A stretch of 51,223 nt of DNA from Nemertoderma westbladi (taxonomy: Eukaryota; Animalia; Xenacoelomorpha). This document shows, in pieces, positions 1 through 10,422 of the stretch (its first letter is position 1; every line of letters starts with the position of its first letter). The stretch is from contig JAUCBJ010001404.1 of NCBI GenBank assembly GCA_032718475.1, positions 1 to 51,223 of the forward strand, in the 5' to 3' direction. The translations under genes were made by a program, and so were the position numbers. The notes beneath the pieces are model-generated. The model was not told the DNA's origin. It was given only the letters and a program-made list of their open reading frames with translations, and ran no database searches.

Positions 1-909
1 ACGGGGCGGTGCAGGATAGCAGCGATTGCACCGGGATGCGACTATGGGGCGACGATCGACCCCATCCACATCATTGAATCGATAAACATCAACGCCAGGC
101 GACAAACCAACACTGAGGTCGAGCAGTATAGATTCCTGGACGGTATCGATTTCTCAATACCAAAGGTGGACGTTAGGAAGGTGTCCATTATAGTAGGGAT
201 GGACTGCCCGACGGCCCATGAGAGGATGAAGACGGTCTTCGGCGAAGACAGGCAGCGGGACCCGACGGCGATCCTCACGCCGTTCGGATGGACGCTTAGC
301 GGCCCAGTTAAAACCAACATCCCATGCAGTGTGACAGAGACATCTGGGTGCATGATACCAGGCACCGAAGACGCAGAGGAAGTAGAGGAGAAACAAGAGA
401 TAGTAGAGCCAGATAGGGAGGTGACAGTAAGAAAGTGGGCAGAGGAGAGTAGGTTTCCCAGCAAGCATCGGTATGGAGATGGAGCGGAGCGGACGGCGAG
501 GTGTCCGGAGGACAACACTCCGGGGGAGTGCCCGGAGGAGTGTCGGAAGGAGTGTCTAGAGGAGTGTCCGGAAGAGACGCTGGTCCGGTTTGGAGGCATA
601 CCGACAAGGGGGAAGTCGAGAAGGAAGGCAGGATGGAAAGGGATAGGACTACTATTGTACCTTCTGTTCTGCCTGTTCTTTCACTTGTTATTCATTCTGC
701 CGGCGGGAGACAACAAGGAGGGAGGTGGCATTTTGATGCCAGGAGAGGAGCCAGTTAAGAAGACGGTGGAGAGACCCAACCTTAGGGTGGCAGAAGAGGG
801 AGAACCAATTCCTGGTGAGATGGAATTGGCGAAGAGAGTGCGGCGAATCCTACAGGACCTACAAGAGCAGCAGTGGGAGAGTGCCTGTTGGAAGAATCGC
901 CCTAGTTAG
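1..909 (+). mobile_element. Bel/Pao LTR retrotransposon, 3' end of the Gag-protease ORF (no RT/RNase H/integrase before the LTR)
   Basis: Frame 1 is open from base 1 to the stop at 909. YRFLDGIDF..VSIIVGMD...AILTPFGWTLSGP matches the distal part of the Bel/Pao aspartic protease region. The stop is followed directly by a hairpin, a polypurine tract and a TG-starting LTR. Confidence 0.8.
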
Positions 910-937
910 GAGGTTTAGTCGTCCAATATTTTGGACT

Positions 938-951
938 GAGGGGGGTGGGAA
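938..951 (+). promoter_or_regulatory. Polypurine tract of Bel/Pao element 1
   Basis: GAGGGGGGTGGGAA lies immediately 5' of TGAGG at 952 and is preceded by the hairpin GTCCAA-tatt-TTGGAC (921-936). Confidence 0.7.
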
Positions 952-2663
952 TGAGGGCGAGACGCCCTTCCCACATATAAATAATTATTTAATAAATAAT
1001 AAAATTAATTAAATAATAGTTAGAAGAGATAGTAAATAGTAGTCAGGAGATAAGTTAGTAGAGGGAGAGTAGAGTTAGAAGGCGGCGGGGTAAGGGAGTG
1101 TGGCATATTGTCATGCCACGAGTAGTAGTAGGGGGGTCGTGGGCACCGGAAGCGCCACGTAGAAAGTAGCAGTGGTAGAGTGGTTGTGGGCACCGGAAGC
1201 GCCACATAGAAAGTAGTAGCAGAGATTGGTTGTGGGCACCACGAGCGCCACGTAGATAGAGGGTTTTAGTTAGAGTTAGTAGTAGAGTGGTTGTGGGCAC
1301 CGTTAGCGCCACGTAGATGGAGGTAGAGTTAGTAAGAGGGTACGTAGTACCGGTTGTGGTTGTGGGCACCGTTAGCGCCACGTAGATGGAGAAAAGAGTT
1401 AGTAAGAGGGTACGTAGTACCGGTTGTGGTTGTGGGCACCGTTAGCGCCACGTAGATAGAGATAGAGTTAGTTGGAGGATTTTAGTCAGAGTTAGAAAAG
1501 AGTTAGTAGACTTAGCAGAAAGTTAGAGAGTTCTAGTTAGAGTTAGTAGAAAGTTAGAGGCTTTTAGTTAGAGCTAAAAGTAGTAAGAGTTAGCAGAGAG
1601 TAGAGTTAGTAGTTAGTAGAGTTAGATAGTTAGAGTTAGTAAGTTAGATAAGGTAGATAGTATGATAGCACAGGGCCTTAGAGAGTGGCAGAGATTAGAG
1701 AGGAAATAGTGAGAAGAGCTGTTGGCGAGAAGTTAAGAGTGCGATTCAGGTGTGGGGAGAGTGTAAGAGTGGGGAGAGAGCGAGTTGAGTTAGAGAGCGA
1801 AGTTAGAATGGGGGGAGTGTTAGCGACTAAAAAAAATTGTGTGAGAGAAGCGCACGATCGGCCCGACACGAGACGCCAGAGGGTAGTGACATCATACCCA
1901 TAGGGAGCGGCCTGGAAAGCCGACTCCAAAAGAAAAGATTTCCACCCCACACCCGATGCTAGATCGGGATCCAGCGGGATTGTAACGCACTTTATGGTTT
2001 GATGCTATCTTCACCGGGAAGATAGCATGGGGGGGAGTGTTAGCGAATCAATCCCGCCAATACTCCACAAAGTTAAGCCAATAAGCAATATTGGGGGACA
2101 CGAGATTAGGTCCCAAACCAACTCGTGTCTCCCCAACAGAATGGGAAGGAGAAGCACACAATAAGGGTCAGGGGTTAGTATCCTGACAAGGAAGAGAATA
2201 GCTGGGGTGAACGGGAACACCTCAAAGGGCGCCAACAAGGGTAGCAACCAATCAGAGGGGGGCTGGCACCGATTGAGTAGCAATAAGGCCACCGTGCGAT
2301 ATAACCAGTAAGCAGTAATCATATTACCTCAGTTATCTCAGTGTTACTGGTGGTACAGTAAGTTACAATTAGGGAAGTACCGGGATTTTAGTTACCGTCA
2401 TCCCGTCAGCCTGTGAACGTCAGTGTATAACATCAATCTATATCTATATCTATATCACGTCTCAAGATCACAATATAACGAACAACAGTAACCTGAACTT
2501 ACACTCTTTCACACGGCGGGGACGCGTGAACTAAAACAGGATAAATCGGGTTCATCTCCGGATGATCCCGTCACATCTACACTCGTCAGACTTGTTGCGT
2601 TCGTTGGGACGATTATAAATCGAATATATTTACATTATCGACCGGCAGGGATCGGTCGCCTCA
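952..2663 (+). mobile_element. 3' LTR of Bel/Pao element 1 (~1.7 kb)
   Basis: Starts TGAGGGCGA after the PPT and ends TCGCCTCA (imperfect TG...CA inverted termini). A weaker alternative end is CCTCA at 2331. The 5' LTR is outside the window. Confidence 0.6.
1135..1460 (+). repeat. Six copies of a ~32-bp hairpin-like motif with variable purine-rich spacers, inside the LTR
   Basis: TGGTTGTGGGCACC(GGA/ACG/GTT)AGCGCCACGTAGA is repeated six times, separated by AG/GT-rich spacers of different lengths. Confidence 0.85.
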
Positions 2664-2674
2664 CCGATTATCTT

Positions 2675-3240
2675 TTGTGTTCTCTTAGACTTAGACATTT
2701 TGTTTTTCGGAAACTCCGAGCCTCGAATGTGGGATGTTTTATTGGGGCATATTATTCTGGTGTATTTGCGTATGCGGATGACATCTTGCTACTCTGTCCG
2801 TCAGTTATCGGACTACAGTTCATGACTGGAATATATGTGAGAAATTCGCGACTGAACATAAACTGGTGTTTAGTACAGATGTTAATCCGGTAAAGTCCAA
2901 GTCAAAATGCATTCCTTTTGGAAGGTCCTGGAAGGAACCAAAACTGCAAGAATATATCTAAATAGTGTTAGTCTTCCGTGGGTAAAGATGGCTAGCCACT
3001 TGGGAAACATTCTATATTACTAAAATACTTTGGAGTCTGATATAACATGGAAACGGGGACAATTCATTTGGAAATTAAATGCTATTAGACAGGAGTTTTA
3101 TTTTTCGAACCCGTACACACGACTGCGTGAATCGCAACGCATTTACTGCACTAGTTGTTACGGTAGTTATTTATGGGATCTTTTCTCCGCCAGTTGTTAG
3201 TCTTTTTACATCATGGAATATTAATGTTCGAATTGTTCCA
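2675..3240 (+). pseudogene. Degenerate non-LTR retrotransposon RT fragment (CR1/L2-group)
   Basis: GCFIGAYYSGVFAYADDILLLCPS contains the YADD motif. Frameshifted continuations read NPVKSKSKCIPFG and IYLNSVSLPWV..ASHLG. Confidence 0.75.
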
Positions 3241-3942
3241 CAGATATATTATATCGTGATTTCTCCAGAGTAGTAAATAGGTAGATACCTTTATCAGATT
3301 CAGATATGTGGCGTTTAAATATTTGTGATAAATTATTGGTTGCCGTTTGAACGTAGCACATTAGAGGTGCCAGATTTTAATGATACCGAACTAAAAGTGA
3401 TTCTCCATAATGTTTCCACCACGTAACATGAAATTACTGGTAACGAACATAAACTTTTGTTGTGCTACATTTAATTTATAATTTAAATACGATGGGCCGT
3501 TATTTTTATTAATGATTGGCATAATATGAATTGAAGATACAGTTTAAATAAAATAAATAGGGTGTGTTCATGTCCAAAATAGCATGTAACTTCCTCAAAA
3601 TGATTTCAAATAGTTTATATATGTAATGGAATACTCAAAAAAATATAGAATTCATAATTATAGCTTTAATTCTAATTTGTCCCATATATGGTATTTGTGT
3701 CCAATATAGGGTATTTGTGTCCCATATGGGGTGTTTGTGTCCCATATGGGGTGTTTGTGTCCCAAATAGCATATGACGTTCTTAAAATGATTTCAGATAG
3801 TTTATAAATACAGTGGAATACTCAAAAGAATATAGAATTAATAATCATAGCTTTAATTGCAATTTGTCCCAAATAGGTTGTTTGTGTCTGATATTATGTG
3901 TCGCATAGGCCTATATATATGGCTTATTTTGCTATAACGGCC

Positions 3943-4525
3943 CTATTAGGCTTAATTTGGCGGCACTTCAAACACCTAGACTCATCGATATTTACCAGCT
4001 TATATAAATCACTGGTGAGGCCCATCCTCGAGTATGCCTCCCCATTGTGGTCTCCCCACCGCATCGGCTAAATTCGGCTACTAGAATCGGTGCAACGCCG
4101 CGCAACTCGTCTCATTAGGACTCTGCGTGAGAAACCATACCAAACACGACTTAGACTCTCGAATATCGCCAACACAGGGCTGATCTCATACATGTGTACC
4201 GCTACTTGTCTGCTATGGAAGATGTCGACCACTCACCCATGCTCACTCTCGCACCCAGTAGTGGTCGTTGTGGCACACCAAGAAGCTATTGAAACCCCGA
4301 GAACGCCTCCTACAACAAAACTCAACCTTCCACTTCAGAGTCATAGAGCCTTGGAACTCCCTAAGTAAGATAGATGGTCGTATCGTCCCAATCATTAAAT
4401 ATCTTCAAATCTCGCCTAAACGATCACTACCATAACCTACGGTACCCCTGAAGTCCACTCCCTCGTGGTGGACATAGGCGTTATCCCTTCCACCCCCCGT
4501 TCCTGAGTAACCTATAAAGCCAACT
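3943..4525 (+). pseudogene. Decayed CR1 LINE 3' fragment
   Basis: Reads LLGLIWRHFKHLD..LYKSLVRPILEYASPLWSPH..VQRRATRLI with stops and frameshifts and ends ..PSWW, like the CR1 at 48058-50367. Confidence 0.85.
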
Positions 4526-4814
4526 ACCAACTTACATTATTACATTCGTTAGATCTACTCTAGATTGATTCACATTTTTATTTTTATTTCATTTGTTTTA
4601 ATTTTATATAATTATTTATTTTAATTTTTCTTTTTTGGTGATCTCAATTTGAGATTGTGTAATTTCTATTTTGTATTTGTATTATTTATTTGTAGGATTT
4701 GCAAATTAATTATTGTTTGTAAAAACTTATATTTTGTCTGATTATACTGTATAATAGATAGATACACGGGACTATTTTCAGATTATATTCATCAAACATT
4801 GATCTCAATCTCTG

Positions 4815-4940
4815 TATTATTGTTTTTATAACATTGGCCACTTTGTTTGGGTAAATTTTAATGTCTTACTGTTTTTATAAGATTGGCCATTTCGTTCGGG
4901 TAAATTTTAATTTCTACTTTTGTTTCATCAGGATTGGCCG
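4815..4940 (+). repeat. ~50-bp minisatellite, ~2.5 copies
   Basis: TGTTTTTATAA(C/G)ATTGGCCA(C/T)TT..TT.GGGTAAATTTTAAT is repeated. Confidence 0.6.
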
Positions 4941-5187
4941 GCCATATTCAGAGATTTACATATAGAAATATATACTGGACTTCTTTTTAGAATATTCACT
5001 GAATGGTGACAATTTTTACATTCGATTTTTTTTGTTCTTTTTAAATTGGCCTGACTTGTTAAATATCAATTTGAGGATAGCATTAGGCCCTATTTTATTA
5101 TGTAACATAGAAGATAATATAAAAAATATTTTACTTGGTAACAATCTACTTTTAAAGTTCCTCTTTTTACTATTTTTTTATCAAATA

Positions 5188-5421
5188 CCAGCTGGCAATT
5201 ACCCGTGGCGGGTTACCCGGTATCCCCCCTGTACCGGTATCGGTACGCCGGTACCGAACGTGAATTAAACTTTTCGAAAAGTGGCCTACCTCGGGTTAAA
5301 GTTATAGTATACAAACATGCCAAGTCCCAGCGCAATCCCTCCGCCCGTTTTGGAGGAGTTCGAACATAGAGAGACATAGAGAGAGAGACAGACAGAATTT
5401 GATTTTTATAGGTATAGAAGA
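5188..5421 (-). mobile_element. Non-autonomous Helitron (Lep1-like architecture)
   Basis: The minus strand begins TC(TTC)TATACCTATA, has a (CT/CTGT)n microsatellite, and ends with a GC-rich hairpin (ACCCGCCACGGGT) then CTGG followed by T, fitting the CTRR end. Confidence 0.65.
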
Positions 5422-6086
5422 CTACGTAATACGTATATTTATTTTAATTCTGTGCGTCGCGTATTTTAGTTTCCCATTCTTTTATTTTCGGTTGTAAAAT
5501 TTGTGTAATTAATTTGGTGTACTGTACAGTGAATGTTACCTACAGACTTATTATTGTGTATGAACAGGTTCAAAAGCGTATGCTTTCTTACCTTATCAAC
5601 ATTAAACATATATGTGTTCATGTCCAAATAGAGTGTGACGTTGTCAAAATGATTTCACATAGTTTATAAATGTTTACAAATCGTAATTAAAGCTATGATA
5701 ATGAATTCTATATTCTTTTGAGTATTCCATTACATTTATAAACTATTTGAAACTATTTTGAGGAAGTCACACGCTATTTGGGATACAAACACCCTATGAG
5801 ACACAAACACCGACAAAATATTAATTTACAGTGAACCACCGAATAGAAGGCCTTCGCAAAATCGATATAAATAGTAAATACTGCCTGTGTAGTTCTCACA
5901 TGCTTTAGTTATATTTTACTATGAATTTAATTTTACTTTGATAGTAATTTCTTTTAACATGTATAATAATAATTGTGTTTCAGAAGGTTTTCCTGGACTT
6001 TTAATTATATCTACAATACCAGTAGGCTTGGTATATATAGGCCTAATCAACCATTTATATACCGGTATTGTAATTTATTGATACAG

Positions 6087-7949
6087 TTTATTAAAGATTT
6101 AATAAGGAATCAACAAATTAATGTGCTGAAAGATAAATCCTATGGTGCCGATATAATTATAAAGAAACAACCAGCAGACTCTATAAGTATAAAGAAAGAA
6201 CCTACGGATTCTATAATTATGGAGAAAGAACTAACAGATTGTGTTCCCTATTCTCTTGAAGTTAAACAAGATAACTGTGTTTCTGTTTATAGATCGTCTC
6301 CCATGGAAGATCACAACAAGCCTATTGAAACTGAAGATACAGACAGTCATGGTCATCATTCTACTTCTGGGTTGCAGTTTATCAGTGCAAAATCAGAAGG
6401 TTCTTTAGTTACTGAGTCATTAGCAGAAACTCAAACTGTTAAAGAACAATTTAACGTTGCTGATTCCTCTCGTGACAACGTTGATCTTTACAGAGCTACT
6501 GAACCGACAATCAGTTGTGCCACAACAGAATCCGGAGGTTCTAGTGAAACTGTTGGAGAGTTCCAATCACCTTCAGAAACCAGTTCCTGCTTCCATTGCA
6601 ATGAATTATTTAGTGACAAAGGAAATTTAGAGAGACATATAAAATCCGTTCATAAAGAAGTTAAGAAGAAGTATAAATGCGATTATTGTGAAAAATTATT
6701 TACAAATAAGAGTTATGTGAATATTCATATCGACTCTATCCATAAAGGTATTATGTTTAATTGCGGTTATTGTGATAAAGAATACAATCAGCAAAGCTCC
6801 CTAAACACCCATGTCAACTACTTTCATAAAGATATCAAGTGCAGCTGCTCCGATTGTGGGAAATCGTTTCGTACAAAATACGACCTAGAACAACATGTTG
6901 AATCTAACCATAAAGATATCAAACATAAATGCCATTATTGTAATAAAGAATTCAGTTACAAAAGCAACGTAAAGCGCCACATCGACTCTGTCCACGAAGG
7001 TATTAAGTATAACTGCTTCGATTGTGAAAAATTATTTGATACTAAAATCGGTCTAAAACTACATGTCGACTCTATCCATAAAATGATTAAATATATATGC
7101 GGTTATTGTTATAAAGAATTCAATAGGCAAAGGTTTCTAAACACTCATGTCAACTACTTTCATAAAGATATCAAGTACAGCTGCTTTGATTGTGGAAAAT
7201 CATTTGGTACAAAAGCCGACGTAAAACGACATATCGACTCCATTCACAAAGATATCAAGTACAGCTGCTTGGATTGTGGAAAATCATTTATTACAAAATC
7301 AGACTTAAAACGACATGTCGACTCTGTCCATAAAGGAATTAAATATAACTGCGGTTATTGTAATAAAGAATTCAATCAGCAAAGGTCCCGAAAGGCCCAT
7401 GTCAACCACTTTCATAAAGATATCAAGTATAGCTGCATTGATTGTGGAAAATCATTTGTTACAAAAGCCAACCTAGAACGACATGTCGACTCTATTCATA
7501 AAGATATCAAGTACAGCTGCTTTGATTGTGGGAAATCATTTGGTAGAAAAGCCGGTCTAAATCGACATGTGGACTCTATCCATAAAGGGGTGAAATATAA
7601 ATGCGGTTATTGTAATAAAGAATTCAATCAGCAAACCTCCCTAAAGGCCCATGTCAACTACTTTCATAAAGATATAAATTACAGCTGCTTTGATTGTGGA
7701 AAATTATTTGTTACAAAACCCAGTCTAAAACGACATGTCAACTCTATCCATAAAGGGATTAAATATAAATGCGTTTATTGTAATAAAGAATTCAATCAGC
7801 AAAGCTCCCTAAAGGGCCATGTCAACTACTTTCATAAAGATATCAAGTACAGCTGCTTTGATTGTGGAAAATTATTTGTTACAAAACCCAGTCTAAAACG
7901 ACATTTCGATTCTAACCATAAAGGCTCAAACCAAATTTCACCCACATAA
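6087..7949 (+). CDS. C2H2 zinc-finger protein, paralog 1 (16 fingers); coding exon after a probable splice acceptor
   Basis: 16 CX2CX12HX4H units at mostly 28-aa period. The putative acceptor TTGATACAG ends at 6086. The codon homologous to the paralogs' ATG is AGG (6105) and the next in-frame ATG is at 6219. Confidence 0.9.
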   Translation, partial: FIKDLIRNQQINVLKDKSYGADIIIKKQPADSISIKKEPTDSIIMEKELTDCVPYSLEVKQDNCVSVYRSSPMEDHNKPIETEDTDSHGHHSTSGLQFISAKSEGSLVTESLAETQTVKEQFNVADSSRDNVDLYRATEPTISCATTESGGSSETVGEFQSPSETSSCFHCNELFSDKGNLERHIKSVHKEVKKKYKCDYCEKLFTNKSYVNIHIDSIHKGIMFNCGYCDKEYNQQSSLNTHVNYFHKDIKCSCSDCGKSFRTKYDLEQHVESNHKDIKHKCHYCNKEFSYKSNVKRHIDSVHEGIKYNCFDCEKLFDTKIGLKLHVDSIHKMIKYICGYCYKEFNRQRFLNTHVNYFHKDIKYSCFDCGKSFGTKADVKRHIDSIHKDIKYSCLDCGKSFITKSDLKRHVDSVHKGIKYNCGYCNKEFNQQRSRKAHVNHFHKDIKYSCIDCGKSFVTKANLERHVDSIHKDIKYSCFDCGKSFGRKAGLNRHVDSIHKGVKYKCGYCNKEFNQQTSLKAHVNYFHKDINYSCFDCGKLFVTKPSLKRHVNSIHKGIKYKCVYCNKEFNQQSSLKGHVNYFHKDIKYSCFDCGKLFVTKPSLKRHFDSNHKGSNQISPT

Positions 7950-8146
7950 ATTATGTTCATAAATCTTTATGTTACCGGTAAGGAAATTGTTGTATTTGTT
8001 TGTACTGATCTATATTTGTATCTGATCATTATTGGGTATACATTTAGTGTAAAAAAAAATAAAAAAAAGTGATGTTATTTCGACCCCGTTTTTAACAGTG
8101 GTGGATGCACCAGTATTAGTCAAATTTTTCTAGTCAATTTTTTGTA

Positions 8147-8320
8147 GTATTTTATTTCGAAATGATTACATCTAACGGAAGAAATAATATAGCAATATAA
8201 ATACAGATGCTACTAGAAATCACACAGATGTTATTTTGCCTGATACTTATGTACCTTCCTTGACTGTGTGTATCGCTTACTACTGTATGAACGAGCCACA
8301 GCCAGGCATTGAGTCATGTA
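8147..8320 (+). repeat. Non-coding block duplicated downstream of ZF paralogs 1 and 2 (partner 21959-22124)
   Basis: Near-identical TATTTTATTTCGAAATGATTACATC...GGCATTGAGTCATGTA at both sites. Confidence 0.85.
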
Positions 8321-8689
8321 TAAATTTACCAGGGTGTCGTGTAATCGACAAGTCTGTCTAGATAGTTCATACTTTTGCTACAGTAGTAACATAAGTTCGT
8401 ACTAGGAAGTTGAAACTATGCCATCATTCCTTGCTCTTGTAATTTTCTGAAATTGGCTTTTCTTCTTAGTTCATATAAGTATATTTATTGTGATTCTTTT
8501 GTTAATTAAAGTTTAAAAATAATATGTTATATCCAAGAATAATAATATCTGTAAAGTAGGATGGATTTTTTATAGAACTAAATACTGCTCGAATATTTTA
8601 TCGTAATCGACAATGCTGCTTACCAAAAAAAACAGGTTGCAAGTGCTGAAGATAAAGCATAATGAAGAAATAGCCCTTAAGTCAAAAGT

Positions 8690-8893
8690 AATTCTGGTTC
8701 AGACCGCGAAGGGACGTCAGGTCAGCTCACTGCACACAGCTCACAAAATATACCTTGGGACATATTATTTATACTTATTTTTTGTAATACATCTACTGTA
8801 CCTTCGCAGACTCGGCCGGGATCGAACTCGAGTCTACAGTATATTACTGTAGTAAGTACTAGCGAAGTCAAGTAACCATACCACTAGTCGGCA
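8690..8893 (-). mobile_element. tRNA-derived SINE-like head
   Basis: The minus strand has an A-box-like TAGTGGTATGG near 8888 and a B-box GAGTTCGATCCC near 8830-8818. There is no complete cloverleaf and the extent of the body is uncertain. Confidence 0.5.
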
Positions 8894-9354
8894 AGAATGG
8901 AAACATGGGCACAATGAGGAACGAGCTGTGTTTAACGGCTCCCCACAACGACTTCATGACTGCTTGCTGATTGCAGATAGGTCTAAGGTCAGTAGGCAAG
9001 TTTCGGCAGGTCTTGCTCCTTTAGAGGGTTAAAATAAAGTCCGTATTCGTATGTATACGACAGCCATAACATACAGTAAATACTGTATTTAACATGTTAT
9101 ACAAATACCGCGGATACCGGTAGCACATGATAACTGGAAGGGAGACCCGAGCAAGGACAAAAAAATATTTATTGTTTAAAAAAATAATACTCACATACAT
9201 ACGTACGTGATAAATAGAGACTGAATATAATTGGGGGTGTAATATAAAGTAAATACGTAGTACTGTAAGATAAAGTAAAATTATTACCTACACTGGCTTT
9301 CGCCAATGATCCTACTCATCAAAAACGTTTCCAAGGCAACCGTCCATACAGAGG

Positions 9355-9566
9355 CAGGGAGAGGGGGGGAGGAACTGAACGCAAAACCCGCCTTGGCGAA
9401 TTAATATCACTCCTCAATGTTAAATTCTTAATTTAGGGAAAGGAGCAGGTTACAGTGGCACATTATTTTAACCAAAACAATAAACAACTGTAAACACAAT
9501 ATAACAGGTTACAGTTTTATTTTGCAGAGTAATCAGCTGTTATTTGCGTCCAATTTCCCCTGGAGA
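9355..9566. mobile_element. Short TIR-like element carrying one unit of the 68-bp satellite (second copy 23313-23510)
   Basis: Ends read CAGGG..AACTG(A/G)ACGC and GCGT(CCA/TGA)..TTCCCCTGGAG. The core GGAAAGGAGCAGGTTACAG..CCAAAACAATAAAC is the reverse complement of the satellite unit. Confidence 0.6.
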
Positions 9567-10422
9567 GGGATGAATTTTTATTGCGTCCTGTTTCCCTCCC
9601 TATTCTCCCTACTCCCTATTTCAGTGATGCTGGAATTCAACACTGGGAGTCGCACAATCATAATCACCACGCTTAATCTTGTTCCTTCCACACCTCCACT
9701 CTCTCCGAACTCGCACAATAAAATAATAATTGCTTCTAACTTTTTCTGATATATACAGTACTGTACATTTTAATTAATTATATTAATGGACTATTATTTT
9801 ACTCGTACGGTGTTTATTAAAATTAATATTTTATTGTGATTTTTACTGTAATTTAGAAATACATATTCATTTTGTTTAAATAATATAGGTTCCACCAGCT
9901 GCCCCGCGTGGGGGCGTAATGTTAAAAAAATAGCGCTTTTCTACGATGAACAATAATACAGTATGTATTATTTTGAAGCAATATGCAATAGAGTATGCAA
10001 CTTTATTATAATTATTTTACGATGATCGTGATGTACTATTGAAGTAATAATATTCTGTACTGGAATAACAGTGTATTTCAGGAGAAAAATAAATGAAATA
10101 AAAAGGATAGTTCTAAATTAGGAAAACACTAGTAAAACGGTAAAACACTAGGAAAACATAAGAAAAGTACTGTAAAACACACGGAAAACAGTGAAAATAT
10201 TGATCAGCAGGGAATTTAACACATGTACTTCTCTGAATTGACAATCCTAAATGTACTCCTCGCATAGCACCCCTTAAGTAATCACCGTAAAACATAGGGA
10301 AAACACTATAAAAACACTATAAACCTTCCGGAAAACAGTGAAAAAATTGATCAGCATTAAATTTTACCTATATGCTGCAAGAAAATAAATTGAAAGAGTC
10401 TAATACTGCCCAGAAAGCTTGT

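Larger units (their letters stand above)
3557..5811. mobile_element. Probable modular foldback element with nested insertions
   Basis: A ~200-bp module occurs twice at 3557-3890 with 20-bp GTCCCATATGGGGTGTTTGT repeats. The same module reappears partially forward and then inverted at 5612-5811. No TSD was identified. Confidence 0.45.

Noticed and set aside
1135-1460. CRISPR array
   Set aside because: The context is a eukaryotic LTR, there are no cas genes, and the spacers are low-complexity and partly duplicated.
5973-6086. N-terminal extension of the ZF ORF from a TTG start (likewise 19621 and 27282)
   Set aside because: These are non-ATG starts from the ORF caller. The sequence precedes a conserved acceptor-like TTGATACAG and is probably intronic.
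8805-8893. Functional tRNA gene
   Set aside because: A/B-box-like motifs are present, but there is no convincing acceptor stem or anticodon arm, so it is better read as a SINE head.
10113-10295. Duplicated 60-aa ORF (also 13654-13836)
   Set aside because: It is a by-product of the MULE inverted arms and has no protein features.
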